NCBI GenBank assembly: GCA_022729235.1
Contig: JALDAJ010000001.1
Location: forward strand, 704,001 to 768,000
From: Candidatus Nanohalarchaeota archaeon
GTDB lineage: Archaea > Nanohalarchaeota > Nanosalinia > Nanosalinales > Nanosalinaceae
Length of the DNA: 64,000 bases
Direction: 5' to 3'
The position numbers were made by a program, and so were the translations under genes. The stretch's first letter is position 1, and the number at the start of each line of letters is the position of its first letter. The notes under the pieces were generated by a model that worked only from the letters and a program-made list of their open reading frames with translations, was not told where the DNA came from and ran no database searches. Below, piece after piece: positions 27,226-37,563 of this stretch.

Positions 27226-28311
27226 TTAAACATGCCGCAGGTTGAGCTCAAGAATGTCCTCGTCCATAAGTTCGTGGTCGGTTCCGACCTTCTGCTCGGG
27301 GAACTTGGAGCTGTCTCCTGTGACTTTGGCAGCCTTGAACCTGTCTCTCATGTCGCCCGGTAGCTCGTCAAGAGCGTCCCCGACTGTATCACCTTCTCTC
27401 AGTATCAAGGGCTCGTCTCTGTCCGGGTCTTCTCCTTTCTTCTTCATGTAGATGCGGATAAGGCTAAGTCCTTCGAACATCAGGTCCTTGAGTTCGTCGA
27501 GGTTTTCCCCTGTCTCTGCGGATATCAAGAGGTCATGCTCTTCCTTAAACTCTTTTCGTATCCCTGCATCTATCTGGTCGATTTTGTTGACCGCGCTTAT
27601 CATCGGTACGTACTTCCTGTTGTCCATTAGCCCGTCGATAAACCTGTCCAGACCGACTTTTTCTCTGATAACTGCGTTCGCGTTCACGTATCCGCGCTGG
27701 TGCATTATGTCTCGTATTGTCTCCTCGTTGATGTCAAGGTCGACAGTTGACGAGATATTGATTCCGCCCTTTCCTTTCTTCTCGATTTTCATGTCGGGGG
27801 AGGACTTATTCAGTCTGATATCTGCGTTGTAGAGCTCCTGTGTGATTTCTTCGTAGCGCATTTCTTCCGGGTCGAGCAGTATCAGTACGAGGTCGGCGTT
27901 TCTCACGACAGATAATACCTGTGTGCCGTCACCTTTCCCTTCTGCTGCACCTCCTATCAGTCCTGGCACGTCAAGTATCTGGATGTTCGCGCCCTTGTGC
28001 TTCATCATGCCGGGCTCAACGTCGAGCGTCGTAAACTCGTATTCTCCAGTCTCTGACTCTGCGTTCGTCAAGGCGTTTAGAAGAGTGGACTTTCCTACGC
28101 TTGGAAATCCTACGAGAGCGACTGTCGCATCTCCTCTCTTCTTGACCGCGTAACCTGAGGTGTCTCCGGTACCTTTCTGCTTCTGCTGTTTCTCCTCCTT
28201 CAGCTCCGCGATTCTAGCCTTTAATCTGCCGCGTTCAGTCTCCGTGGACTTGTTGACTGGTGTCTCATGGAGTTTCTCTTCCAGTTCCTGTATGCGGTCG
28301 TCTATTCCCAT
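27226..28311 (-). CDS. drg: DRG/Obg-family GTPase with TGS domain
   Basis: GFPSVGKST, YEFTTL, DVPGLI, NKID, VGTDHELMDED. Confidence 0.93.
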   Translation of the reverse strand: MGIDDRIQELEEKLHETPVNKSTETERGRLKARIAELKEEKQQKQKGTGDTSGYAVKKRGDATVALVGFPSVGKSTLLNALTNAESETGEYEFTTLDVEPGMMKHKGANIQILDVPGLIGGAAEGKGDGTQVLSVVRNADLVLILLDPEEMRYEEITQELYNADIRLNKSSPDMKIEKKGKGGINISSTVDLDINEETIRDIMHQRGYVNANAVIREKVGLDRFIDGLMDNRKYVPMISAVNKIDQIDAGIRKEFKEEHDLLISAETGENLDELKDLMFEGLSLIRIYMKKKGEDPDRDEPLILREGDTVGDALDELPGDMRDRFKAAKVTGDSSKFPEQKVGTDHELMDEDILELNLRHV

Positions 28312-28373
28312 CTTTGGATAGAAAAAGCTCTAGGGAAAGTTAAAATAGTTCAGTTTGAGAGAATGCTTTTCCT

Positions 28374-28670
28374 CTACTCGACCATCTCTATGTTACCGTC
28401 CCGGCCGATGTTGAGCTGGATGTCGTCAGCCCATTCCCTGACGTATGCTCCTGTGATCTCGACTTCTGCTCCTTCTTCAATCGCGTCGATTTCTTCCTCC
28501 CAGAGCGTGAGGTCGATTTCTCCAGTGTCGTCTTCAAAGACGCATGTAACGATTTTTTTCTGCCCGTACTGTGTCGAGACAGCACGTGGAGTTGGGAGCT
28601 CCTTGATTGTTCCTGTGATTTCAACGCCGTCGTCTTCAGGACCTAGTTCCTCAACAGTCTTCTCAGTCAT
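28374..28670 (-). CDS. ssb: Single OB-fold ssDNA-binding protein
   Basis: DDTGEIDLTLW, GAYVREW..QLNIG. Confidence 0.88.
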   Translation of the reverse strand: MTEKTVEELGPEDDGVEITGTIKELPTPRAVSTQYGQKKIVTCVFEDDTGEIDLTLWEEEIDAIEEGAEVEITGAYVREWADDIQLNIGRDGNIEMVE

Positions 28671-28793
28671 GTGTAACCACTGGGTCAGAATAGCCTTACC
28701 ACTTTTAAAAGACTTCCGTTTTTCGAGGGCGAGATAGTGGTTTTGTCTCCAGTTTCCGTGGCTGTTAAAACTCTCAGAGACTTATTCTAGAAC

Positions 28794-29669
28794 ATGAAAC
28801 TACCCTGGAACAACCAGGAAAAACAGGAGAAGATAGAAGAACTGGAGGAAAGTATTGAAGAGCTGGAGGAGGAACGCGACAGGTACGAGAAGCGTTTCGA
28901 GGCGGAGAAGGAGCGCCGATCCGGGCTTGCGAGGAAGAAGCAGGAGGCGGAGGAAGAACTTAACCGTTTGAAGGATAAGGTAGAGAGTTTGAAGGATGCT
29001 AACGGTGAGGAAGAGGATAAAAGAGCTGGTAGGGACATAGCCCGGCTCAGTTTCAGGGAAGGATACCGTCTTCTGGAGAAACTGGATTCTGTCAAGTCTT
29101 CCAGGAGAGACATGGTAACCGTTTTCTCGCCGGGAGAGATCAGCGAGGTCGAGGATCTGAAAGGGTTGAAGAACACGTTGAACCTGGAGCAGGTACAGAG
29201 ACTCCAGGCCACCAGTTCCTTCGTTGCTTTCATGGACCCGGATATGTCTGACCTGGTGCTGAAAACCCTGCCATTCTTAGATGCGAAGTGGACCCTCTCG
29301 GACGGTTTCGAGGTAGAGCCTCTACTGGATTTCATAGACTCTGAAAAAACATGGGTGCTGGTCTCCGCAGGTGAGACAGAGATATACAGGGAACAGTCAG
29401 GGGAGTATGAGGAAGTCGACAGGGTTAAATCCCGCGTTGATCGACAGCACGGGAAAGGCGGTTTCTCACAGGACCGTTTCGAGCGGAAGCGCGAAGGGCA
29501 GATAAAACAACACCTGGGAGAGGTTGAAGAAGCACTGGCGGGTATGGAAAAGGTCTATCTCCTGGGTGACAGAAAACTATGTAAGGAGTTACCGGGCGAG
29601 TATCTTGGTGGGTTCGACCCCAATTCATCGCCACCGGAAGTATTTTACAGTTTCCAAAGGGTCAGGTAA
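28794..29669 (+). CDS. Archaeal Vms1-like release factor (aVLRF1)
   Basis: N-terminal coiled coil; HGKGGFSQDRFERKR. Confidence 0.85.
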   Translation: MKLPWNNQEKQEKIEELEESIEELEEERDRYEKRFEAEKERRSGLARKKQEAEEELNRLKDKVESLKDANGEEEDKRAGRDIARLSFREGYRLLEKLDSVKSSRRDMVTVFSPGEISEVEDLKGLKNTLNLEQVQRLQATSSFVAFMDPDMSDLVLKTLPFLDAKWTLSDGFEVEPLLDFIDSEKTWVLVSAGETEIYREQSGEYEEVDRVKSRVDRQHGKGGFSQDRFERKREGQIKQHLGEVEEALAGMEKVYLLGDRKLCKELPGEYLGGFDPNSSPPEVFYSFQRVR

Positions 29670-29672
29670 ACC

Positions 29673-30320
29673 ATGGACGACAAGCAGAAGATAAGGGAGA
29701 TGTATGAATGGCTTCTTGACAGGTACGGTGAGCCGGGAGAGCCGTTTGAGATAAACGGTGTCGACTACGTTATAGAAACGATTCTCTCACAGAACACGAA
29801 CGATGTGAACCGGGATAAGGCTTACAGGAACCTCGTGGATAAATACGGTCACGACTACGAGGCTATAGAGAACGCCGATATCAACGAGTTAATTGATACG
29901 ATCCGTATCGCGGGTCTAGGTCCGACAAAGGCTGAAAGGATACAGGGTGCGCTAGAGATTATCCGTGAAGATACGGGTGGCGAGTACAGCATCGAGTTCT
30001 TAGAGGATAAGAGTGTTGAAGATGCAAAGGCGTGGTTGACTGATATACCTGGTATCGGTCCGAAGACAGCCTCGGTGATACTCTGCTTCCATTTCCGGAT
30101 GCCGACCTTCCCTGTCGACACGCATGTCCATCGCCTGTGTAAAAGGTACGGTCTGGTCCCGGAAAACGCTTCGCGGAAAAAGACGCATGAGATTATGGAA
30201 GAAAAGGTTCCTGATGACATCAAGTATCCGTTCCACCGGCTGCTTATCGAGCACGGACGGGCAGAATGTACTGCTAGAAAGGATAACTGTGAATGTGAGT
30301 TATGTGAACGGTACGGTTAA
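29673..30320 (+). CDS. nth: Endonuclease III (HhH-GPD glycosylase)
   Basis: ILSQNT, IPGIGPKTA, VDTHVHR. Confidence 0.92.
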   Translation: MDDKQKIREMYEWLLDRYGEPGEPFEINGVDYVIETILSQNTNDVNRDKAYRNLVDKYGHDYEAIENADINELIDTIRIAGLGPTKAERIQGALEIIREDTGGEYSIEFLEDKSVEDAKAWLTDIPGIGPKTASVILCFHFRMPTFPVDTHVHRLCKRYGLVPENASRKKTHEIMEEKVPDDIKYPFHRLLIEHGRAECTARKDNCECELCERYG

Positions 30321-30364
30321 GGCCTCCGCCATGAATTTAAGTTTTGCAAATCTATTGTAGGCAT

Positions 30365-30661
30365 ATGGTAGATTGGCCTGGTAAAGACGAACTAGTTGAG
30401 ACTATGTCCGATATCCCGAGAGCAGCATCGGAAAACGTTGAATACTACAAAGAAAACATAGACTCTCTTCAAGAAAATTATCCCGGAGAGTGGATAGCCA
30501 TCATCGACGGTGGAGATGGGGTAGAGGTTCTTGAAGGCGCGGCTGATACAGATATATCTGTAGATCAAGTAAGTTCAGAGATAGAAGCTGTAAGGGAAGA
30601 ATACGGACAAGAAGCTTACTTCGGATTTGTTCCTGACCCGGAGACCATATACATTCTTTAG
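30365..30661 (+). CDS. DUF5678-like hypothetical protein
   Basis: LQENYPGEWIAI motif. Confidence 0.6.
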   Translation: MVDWPGKDELVETMSDIPRAASENVEYYKENIDSLQENYPGEWIAIIDGGDGVEVLEGAADTDISVDQVSSEIEAVREEYGQEAYFGFVPDPETIYIL

Positions 30662-30689
30662 TAAAAGAAAAATATTGGCGGGAGCGAAA

Positions 30690-30923
30690 TCACTCCTCGT
30701 TGTCTTCTAGTTCGTCTGTCAGGTCTTCAGCTGCTCCTTGTGCTGCCTGTTGCTGTTGCTGCATCTCTTCTACGATTTCTTGCGCCTTCTCGTTGATTGT
30801 GTCCTGGTCAATCATGTCTTCTTCTTCGAGTACGGCTAGAAGAGCGTGTACCGTCAGTTCCAGGTTGCCGAGTTTCTGCTGGAACATCTGCATGACCTGC
30901 TGAGAATTCATCTGGTCGTTCAT
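30690..30923 (-). CDS. Hypothetical helical protein
   Basis: Acidic/Gln-rich 77 aa ORF with GGTG SD. Confidence 0.7.
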   Translation of the reverse strand: MNDQMNSQQVMQMFQQKLGNLELTVHALLAVLEEEDMIDQDTINEKAQEIVEEMQQQQQAAQGAAEDLTDELEDNEE

Positions 30924-31020
30924 TGTGTAAACACCTTGAAAGAGTGCAACAGGTGTTTAACCTGCCACCTCTACACCTGTCCAAGGGTATGGGCAGTAAC
31001 TCTTTTAAGGGGGCTGGATT

Positions 31021-31632
31021 TTATTCTTCCGGATCAGGGTTTACATCGGGTTCGAGGATGTTGTTTGTGAAGATTTTCAGGTGTTCCTCTGCGTCCTGGA
31101 GGAAGTTTTCCAGTATACGTGATGATTCGTCGATGTTGTCTGTAACGTCCCCGGATACTATTCCAACCAGGTCGGTGGATTTGTATAGCGGATCAGTCAT
31201 GTCTTTTCCACGGAGGGATAGGTCGGGCGGGGCTGAGTCTACGAGCAGTATATTGACTTCAGGGTGTTCTCTGCGGTATATGTCCTGGAACTCGCTTATG
31301 TAGTCGTTGACGTATACCTGGTCAAGTATTTTTTCTTGTTTAGATTTGGAGAAGAGACCTCCGGGAGGAATGTTTTCTGCACATATAGTTTCGCGGGCGA
31401 TGGCTGTTCCGGGAATAGTTGCAGGCGCCAGGGCAAGGGCGGTTTCGTTAGTCATTATAGGGAGGTTAAGATTGTAGAAGTAACCCTTGCTACAGGGTAT
31501 CTCATGTACCTCCGGACTGTAGTCTTCCAGGTGGGCTCCTGTCTGTTCTGCGACGGTTACATCATATTTTTGACCCTTGTCGTACTCGAGAAAGTAAAAT
31601 CTTTTCCGGTCAGATAATCCTACATCTACCAC
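31021..31632 (-). CDS. Hypothetical protein
   Basis: 203 aa acidic ORF, GTG start. Confidence 0.6.
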   Translation of the reverse strand: MVDVGLSDRKRFYFLEYDKGQKYDVTVAEQTGAHLEDYSPEVHEIPCSKGYFYNLNLPIMTNETALALAPATIPGTAIARETICAENIPPGGLFSKSKQEKILDQVYVNDYISEFQDIYRREHPEVNILLVDSAPPDLSLRGKDMTDPLYKSTDLVGIVSGDVTDNIDESSRILENFLQDAEEHLKIFTNNILEPDVNPDPEE

Positions 31633-31793
31633 TGAAATCCCCTCTTGAGAGTTGGAGGGTCGAGTGCATATCAGCTTATTTTCAGAACAACAGGTGTATT
31701 TGAGCGATTACAAGTCTTTAAATGGATTAGAAAGCGGGAACACTGTTTCTAGAATCCTGCACTCGCTATAGTAGACTCAAGAGATTTTTCTGC

Positions 31794-32198
31794 CTAGCCT
31801 TCCAGTGGCGTCCGGGCGCCACATGCCTGGCACTTCATAATCTCCACGCCTTTCTCCTTGACTATTTCGGTATCAGGGCGTTCACATTTCGGACAGAAAA
31901 CGTACTCATCCGCGTACTGCTGGACTTTCGCCTGTACGCTCCCGCGCCGGAATTCGCCGTTCAGCACCAGGTCTCCGCCGTCAACATGTCCTGCTGTACC
32001 GAGTTCGTTCTGGATGTACTTGGAAACGTGCTTCTGCTCCCGTCCGAATGCTTCCACAATCTCCTTGAAGTTCTCGATAACAGTATTTGAACCGGACTTC
32101 TTCGTCTCCGCGACAGGAACCTCAAAACGCTCGCCCTGCTCCTCTACCTCCGGTACCTCTTCCATACCTTTTTCCAGCAAATCTTCGTAGTCAGTCAT
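31794..32198 (-). CDS. eif2b: Translation initiation factor 2 beta
   Basis: ERFEVP, ELGTAG, CPKCERPDT..CQACG. Confidence 0.95.
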   Translation of the reverse strand: MTDYEDLLEKGMEEVPEVEEQGERFEVPVAETKKSGSNTVIENFKEIVEAFGREQKHVSKYIQNELGTAGHVDGGDLVLNGEFRRGSVQAKVQQYADEYVFCPKCERPDTEIVKEKGVEIMKCQACGARTPLEG

Positions 32199-32260
32199 AT
32201 CCCTGTCTTGTAAGCGAAGTTTCTTAACTGCTTTTCCAGTCGGGTATCTGTTTTTATACA

Positions 32261-32737
32261 TTGGGCTTGCGATGCAGGCAGGCGATAAACGTGACTTACG
32301 ACGAACTTTTCCACGGTACTAGAAGAGATGAACGGGATGAAAAACAGTATATCAAGAGCCGAACCGAATACGTGTTGCCCTGGCAGGATTCTCTGGAAGA
32401 CTTTGTGCAGGATGCTATAGATGAGGGTGCTACTGATTTCGAGGTGTTTCTTGAGCCTGAAGACTGCATAGATGGCGGAGGAGGTTATGAATCCCCGGAT
32501 ACGTGGCTGTTCAACGTAGGTGTGAGAACGGAGACCGAGGATGCGAATATGGAGTACATCCACTCACGGAGTGAGAGGTCTGATTTCGCGAACTTCCACG
32601 AGGTCCATAATGAGGCTGAACAGGTGTTCGGAGGGGACCTGAAATATCTTAGAGGTGAAGTTGCCAAGAAAGCCTGTACCTATGCAGATGAGAGTGAAGA
32701 GGTCGGGGTTACAGTGAAAGGTCTGGCTTACAAGTAA
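32261..32737 (+). CDS. Hypothetical protein
   Basis: Acidic ORF; start uncertain. Confidence 0.6.
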   Translation: MGLRCRQAINVTYDELFHGTRRDERDEKQYIKSRTEYVLPWQDSLEDFVQDAIDEGATDFEVFLEPEDCIDGGGGYESPDTWLFNVGVRTETEDANMEYIHSRSERSDFANFHEVHNEAEQVFGGDLKYLRGEVAKKACTYADESEEVGVTVKGLAYK

Positions 32738-32745
32738 ACCGGTTT

Positions 32746-33489
32746 CTAAAGCTTCTTAATCTTCCCTGGGTTGGGTTCGTAGAACGTCCCTTCGCTAAGT
32801 AGGGAGTTGATTGTGTCTTCAAGCTGGTCTTCATCCGTGTCGATTTCATCCGCGATGTCGCTGTAATCCGCTCCGTCACCCTCGTCGAGTCTTTCCACGG
32901 CGTCGATGACTTTGCGTTCTAGGTTCTCCCGGTTTTCGTTGTTCCCTGTGTCGAACTGTTCTCCAAACGATTGCAGTAGTGCATCGACTTCATCTTCTTC
33001 AAGTTTACCTGCCATCTCTTTCTCGATTTCGTCCTGGCTTTTTCCTGACTCCTTGAGCTGTTTCACGGTACTTCTTATCTGCTGCCACTCCTCCCTTGTT
33101 TTCCTTTTCCTTAACTGGTGGAGTAGCTCGTGCTCTACATCCTGTTTTACAAGTATCTCTGCGTTCATGTAGACCTGACCCTGGTACTCCCGTACCTTGC
33201 CGACTGCTTCAACTATGTCGCCTACTTCGAAGTCTTCCATCGGTTCGAGTTCGTTGAAGAATTTAAGCTGTGTGGTATCGGTTCCATCATCCACTGTTAT
33301 CGCGCCGTAGGTCTCATCTTCGTTGATGAATGTGTCGACAACAGTCCCGACTATCCTTGCTCTTGAAAGTCTCTTACCTCCGGGTGTTAGAAGGTAGTTG
33401 GGTGTGAAACCTTCTTTCTGGAAATATTTTCCGGAGTTAAGTTCTTCCGCATCTGTCAGCTTCGCTGTCTGTCTCTTCTGCTGTGGCAT
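32746..33489 (-). CDS. RPA32-like subunit (OB fold plus winged helix)
   Basis: RARIVGTVV, VDDGT, VGKVREY; C-terminal LLSEGTFYEPNPG. Confidence 0.85.
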   Translation of the reverse strand: MPQQKRQTAKLTDAEELNSGKYFQKEGFTPNYLLTPGGKRLSRARIVGTVVDTFINEDETYGAITVDDGTDTTQLKFFNELEPMEDFEVGDIVEAVGKVREYQGQVYMNAEILVKQDVEHELLHQLRKRKTREEWQQIRSTVKQLKESGKSQDEIEKEMAGKLEEDEVDALLQSFGEQFDTGNNENRENLERKVIDAVERLDEGDGADYSDIADEIDTDEDQLEDTINSLLSEGTFYEPNPGKIKKL

Positions 33490-33583
33490 ACTTTTCTTCT
33501 TGGACTAAAATGTTAAGAATCCAATGTATGTAGCGAATATCTGGCTCGAGTTATTTAACATTTTGATCTCTAAGAGCTGACTA

Positions 33584-33967
33584 ATGAGACTTTGGAGGGA
33601 TGAAGAGGTTCCTGAGGGATTAGAGACTCTTTTAGAGGAAACAAGGGGGTCTGATCCTGTAGCTGACCATCGTAACGAAGTACATAACGCTTTGCAGGAA
33701 AATTCGAGATATGTTCTCTATGTCGATTCTCATGATAGAGAAAGGGTTTCTATAGGAACTGTTGAGGATGGAGAGTTTGATGTAGAACTTGCTTTCTACA
33801 GAGGACGTGACTACGGGGATAAAGAGGTTTACAGTCGTCTTCCTAGAGGGATTATCTCTGAGCTGAGTTACTCTCTTGAAGAACTGTCTGATGGTCAGGA
33901 AGGAAGTCATCCGCTGGGAAGTTTCAAATCCTATAAATTCGTTGAGATGCCTGATTTGGAGAAGTAA
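33584..33967 (+). CDS. Hypothetical protein
   Basis: 127 aa acidic ORF. Confidence 0.6.
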   Translation: MRLWRDEEVPEGLETLLEETRGSDPVADHRNEVHNALQENSRYVLYVDSHDRERVSIGTVEDGEFDVELAFYRGRDYGDKEVYSRLPRGIISELSYSLEELSDGQEGSHPLGSFKSYKFVEMPDLEK

Positions 33968-33970
33968 TGA

Positions 33971-35959
33971 TCAGACCTGCTGGATGTGTCCGGGTTGTGG
34001 TTCCCAGAGGTCACCCTCTCGTTTGAGTCGGTTTATGATTTCTTCTGCAGTGTCCTGGTCAAGACCCTGTTCTTTTGCGGTTTCGATGATTTCTTCGACT
34101 TCTACTGGGCTGTCGTCTCCTCCTTGGCTGCGGATGATTTGTTTCACTGTCTGTAGCCTGTTGCGCTGTGAGCTTGAGACACCGCTTTCTATCATGTCGA
34201 TGTCGTAGTCACCTGTCTCAGGGTCGACTCCTATCTGTTGCAGGCAGTAAGTCAGTATGTCGATGGCGCGTTGAGCATCTTTCTCGATAACTTCTTCCCG
34301 TAGTTCTGTTCTTGCGGAGGCTTCTGCGACACGCACGAGCGCCTCTAACTGGCGGGCGGTGATTGGTACGCTGTCGCCTTCTTCCTGTCCGCTTTCACGC
34401 ATATTTACGTAGAACTCCTGTATCTGGTCCGCTGCCTCCTGGGTCAGGTCGGGGCGCAGGTTCTTTGCGTGAGCCACGTATTTTCTCAGTATCTCGGCAT
34501 CGATTTCCGCGTCAGTTTCCTCCGGATCCATATGGTTCTGGAGTACTTTGCGCGAGAGCTCCTTGTCTTTTTCCTGGTCGGGTTCGTCTTTCACGGGAAA
34601 TATGAAGTCGAACCTGGAGAGCAGTGTGTCGCCCAGATCTATCTGCTGTGGTATAGGCTCGTAAGGATCGAACCGCCCGAGCTTGGGGTTACCTGCCGCG
34701 AGGATGGAGGTCTGTGCGTTAAGTGTTGCCTGGATGTTTGCCTTTGCAACAGATATCTGCTGCTGTTCCATCGCCTCGTGGAGTGAGCTCCTATCTTCGG
34801 TTCCCATCTTGTCGATTTCGTCGATGGATGCTAAACCTTTGTGCGCGAGGACAACTGCTCCCGCCTCAAGTTCGAATTCGCCTGTCTGCTCGTTCCTTAC
34901 CGCCGCGGCGGTTAGACCGGCTCCGGTTGATGACTTACCGACCACGTATCTTCCTTTCGGTGCGAGTTCTCCCGTGAACTTGAGTATCTGTGACTTACCT
35001 GTTCCCGGCTCTCCGATGAGTAGTATGTGTAGGTCGCCCCTGGACACGACTCCGTCTTCCCGCGTCTTCTGGACGCCGCCAAATAGCTGGAGTGCGACTG
35101 CTTCCTTGACCTTTTCGTGACCGTAGATGCTTGGTGCGATGGAGTCGGCTATCCTCTGGAATATCTTCGGGTCGTCGCCAAGTTCTTCTATCTCTTCGAT
35201 TTCCTCTTCGCTCAGTTCAAGTTCCTCGAATTCCTGTTCGGTGGGGTCGAGGTAGTTCGCGTCCATGTAGATGTCGTATTTCTTTGAGTTCTTCTGGAAG
35301 GGTTGTTCTCTGAGAATCCCGGTGATGTGGGCGACGTTACCCGGCACCACTTTTTTCTGGAAATCCGGGTCGACCAGGTCACCCTCCAATCGCACATTTA
35401 TGGTCGCGGGCTGTTCCGAGCCCTCTCTCGATTCCGGGTTTTCTTCTAGTACAATGTTCTGCGTGTCGGTCATGACCTTTTCCACGACCTCGAACTTTCG
35501 GGAGCCGCACTCGCACTTGTAAGGCGACTTTAACTCGCTCGAATCCTGTTCCTTCTCGTACTGGTCTCCGCATTGGGTGCACTCGAAGATACCCATCTTG
35601 ATCTCCGGTTTGACCTGCGAGGCGCGTTTTATCATTCCTTCCAGTGGGACGAACTTCCCGATGTGCTCGGAGCGCAGGTTCTTTAGCTTGACAAAGTCCT
35701 CCTCCGGCATGTTCTCGAACCGGACCTGGAGTTCCTCATCCGATATTATGTCAACTCCTTTCACTCCTTCTTCCGCCGCATCCACGGCGCTGTCAGGGTT
35801 TTCTCTCAGGTAGTCCGAGAGCCGGGGTTCAAATATGTCGAGTTCCTGGAAGTCTACAACAACGGAGTCTTCTCCGTCTTGGACAGCTTCAGCTACCTGT
35901 CTGTACCATTTCTGTGAGAAGAATTCTTCGAACTCTCTCACCGCCTCCCCGTAATCCAT
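33971..35959 (-). CDS. mcm: MCM replicative helicase (no intein)
   Basis: Zn finger, GEPGTGKSQ, IDEIDKM, LLSRFD, ITARQLE. Confidence 0.97.
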   Translation of the reverse strand: MDYGEAVREFEEFFSQKWYRQVAEAVQDGEDSVVVDFQELDIFEPRLSDYLRENPDSAVDAAEEGVKGVDIISDEELQVRFENMPEEDFVKLKNLRSEHIGKFVPLEGMIKRASQVKPEIKMGIFECTQCGDQYEKEQDSSELKSPYKCECGSRKFEVVEKVMTDTQNIVLEENPESREGSEQPATINVRLEGDLVDPDFQKKVVPGNVAHITGILREQPFQKNSKKYDIYMDANYLDPTEQEFEELELSEEEIEEIEELGDDPKIFQRIADSIAPSIYGHEKVKEAVALQLFGGVQKTREDGVVSRGDLHILLIGEPGTGKSQILKFTGELAPKGRYVVGKSSTGAGLTAAAVRNEQTGEFELEAGAVVLAHKGLASIDEIDKMGTEDRSSLHEAMEQQQISVAKANIQATLNAQTSILAAGNPKLGRFDPYEPIPQQIDLGDTLLSRFDFIFPVKDEPDQEKDKELSRKVLQNHMDPEETDAEIDAEILRKYVAHAKNLRPDLTQEAADQIQEFYVNMRESGQEEGDSVPITARQLEALVRVAEASARTELREEVIEKDAQRAIDILTYCLQQIGVDPETGDYDIDMIESGVSSSQRNRLQTVKQIIRSQGGDDSPVEVEEIIETAKEQGLDQDTAEEIINRLKREGDLWEPQPGHIQQV

Positions 35960-36013
35960 AGCATTACAGTGTTGGGTGGAAAGAGTGAAAAACCTTCAAG
36001 CACTCTAGTAACT

Positions 36014-36319
36014 ATGGCAGAAGACAAGGTGCTTTCCGAGGAAGAGATACAGGAACAACTGGAAGATATGAGTATATGGGGTTTGCAGTTTGAAAGACTT
36101 ACAACTAGAGTTGAGTTCGAGAACTACAAAGAGGCAGTTTTCTTCGCAAACACAGTGTTCTCACTTGCAGAAGAGGCGTTCCACCATCCAGAGGTCAAGG
36201 TGGAGTACGGTGCCGTCGAGATCGATCTCTTCACGCACGAGGTCGAAGGTGTTACCGAGGCAGACATAGAGATGGCGAGGAAGATAGAGGAAAAGGCTCA
36301 CGAGATAGACTGGGAGTAA
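36014..36319 (+). CDS. Pterin-4a-carbinolamine dehydratase
   Basis: AEEAFHHPEV, THEVEGVTEADIEMA. Confidence 0.88.
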   Translation: MAEDKVLSEEEIQEQLEDMSIWGLQFERLTTRVEFENYKEAVFFANTVFSLAEEAFHHPEVKVEYGAVEIDLFTHEVEGVTEADIEMARKIEEKAHEIDWE

Positions 36320-36371
36320 TATTCGGTGTTTCTAGGAAAGAGTCAAAAACGTGCTTTCTAAAGGACTATCT

Positions 36372-36668
36372 ATGACGGAGAAACTCTCTGAGGAAGAGGT
36401 ATCGGAAGCTGTAGACGGACTGAGCATATGGGGTTTTGAGTCAGGCAGGTTTGCTACACGTGTAGAGTTCGAGAATTATGACGAAGTCGTCCTTTTCGCG
36501 AACACAGTGTTCAACATCGCCGATGAAGAAGGTAAGTATCCCGAGGTGCAGGCGAATGAGGATGCAGTCCTTATCGATTTATGGACTCCTGACGTAGGGA
36601 TTACGAAAGCAGATGTTGAACTAGCGCGTAAGATCGAGGAGAAGCTGAGGAGTATGGACTGGGAATGA
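36372..36668 (+). CDS. Pterin-4a-carbinolamine dehydratase paralog lacking catalytic His
   Basis: Aligns end to end with the upstream gene; HHP replaced by KYP. Confidence 0.82.
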   Translation: MTEKLSEEEVSEAVDGLSIWGFESGRFATRVEFENYDEVVLFANTVFNIADEEGKYPEVQANEDAVLIDLWTPDVGITKADVELARKIEEKLRSMDWE

Positions 36669-36703
36669 ATGTTTTTTTAAGGTGGAGACCTCTATAGTTT
36701 CCT

Positions 36704-37108
36704 ATGGCTGCGTCTACACAAGAAAGACAGTTATTTGAGAGGCTTGAGAGCTTTGACCCTGACGCCATGATTGAAAACGCTCTGATAGCCAAGGAGGGGC
36801 TGGAAAGACTGGAAGAGATCATAACCGTCGAGGTTCAGGAAATCGAAGTCATTCAGAATGAGATAAGGGATTTATCTAGTAAGGCGATGAACGGAGGCCT
36901 TGAACCCGAAGAGCTTCAGGAATTAAAGGACTTGATGAGTCACGAGGAGAAGTTCAAGTACGTCATGGAGAGTATCGAAGACTTTGCGGATTCTGAACAA
37001 GGCCAGGCTCTACGGGATTTACTGAATAATGCGGATAAGATGGAGGAGCGCATGGACCGGTTAGAACGCGTGACTGCAGAGATAAGAGAGATGGAAACAC
37101 AGGGTTAA
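36704..37108 (+). CDS. Coiled-coil hypothetical protein
   Basis: Heptad-rich acidic ORF. Confidence 0.65.
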   Translation: MAASTQERQLFERLESFDPDAMIENALIAKEGLERLEEIITVEVQEIEVIQNEIRDLSSKAMNGGLEPEELQELKDLMSHEEKFKYVMESIEDFADSEQGQALRDLLNNADKMEERMDRLERVTAEIREMETQG

Positions 37109-37563
37109 TCTAGAAGTTTGAGCTGGTTCCAGAGTAAGTCAAGAGAGTAACTCTCTCCTTCTTGATACTTTTCTAAGACCTTTTTTCTATTTTCATGTCT
37201 TAAATCGAGTTCCGGAATTTTCTCCTTCGGTATGAATTTAACATCCAGTATCTCTCCTTTCCCAGGAGGTTCTTCAAATTTTTTCTCTACAGGTTCTGCA
37301 GTGAATCTAAAAGAAATGTTCTCAGTTCCGTCTCTCTGATTAAGCTCCTTGTAAACTCCAAGGAATCCTGTGATTTCGATTTTATAGCCGGTTTCTTCCA
37401 GTACCTCTCTTTTTACGCACTCAATAATTGACTCTCTATCCTCCCATCCTCCACCTGGAAAGTCCCATGTCTCGTGAACATGGTCTTTCCCTTCTTGAAC
37501 CATCAGAATCTCTCCTTTATCGTTTTCAACAATTGCTCCTGCACTGGCGTAGAAAGATGACAT
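37105..37563 (-). CDS. NUDIX hydrolase
   Basis: FPGGGWEDRESIIECVKREVLEETG. Confidence 0.88.
   Translation of the reverse strand: MSSFYASAGAIVENDKGEILMVQEGKDHVHETWDFPGGGWEDRESIIECVKREVLEETGYKIEITGFLGVYKELNQRDGTENISFRFTAEPVEKKFEEPPGKGEILDVKFIPKEKIPELDLRHENRKKVLEKYQEGESYSLDLLWNQLKLLD

Noticed and set aside
27051-27226. Canonical oriC
   Set aside because: No full ORB with G-string and no extended AT-rich unwinding element; kept only as a motif finding.
33971-35959. Intein in MCM
   Set aside because: Length is normal and the motifs are contiguous.
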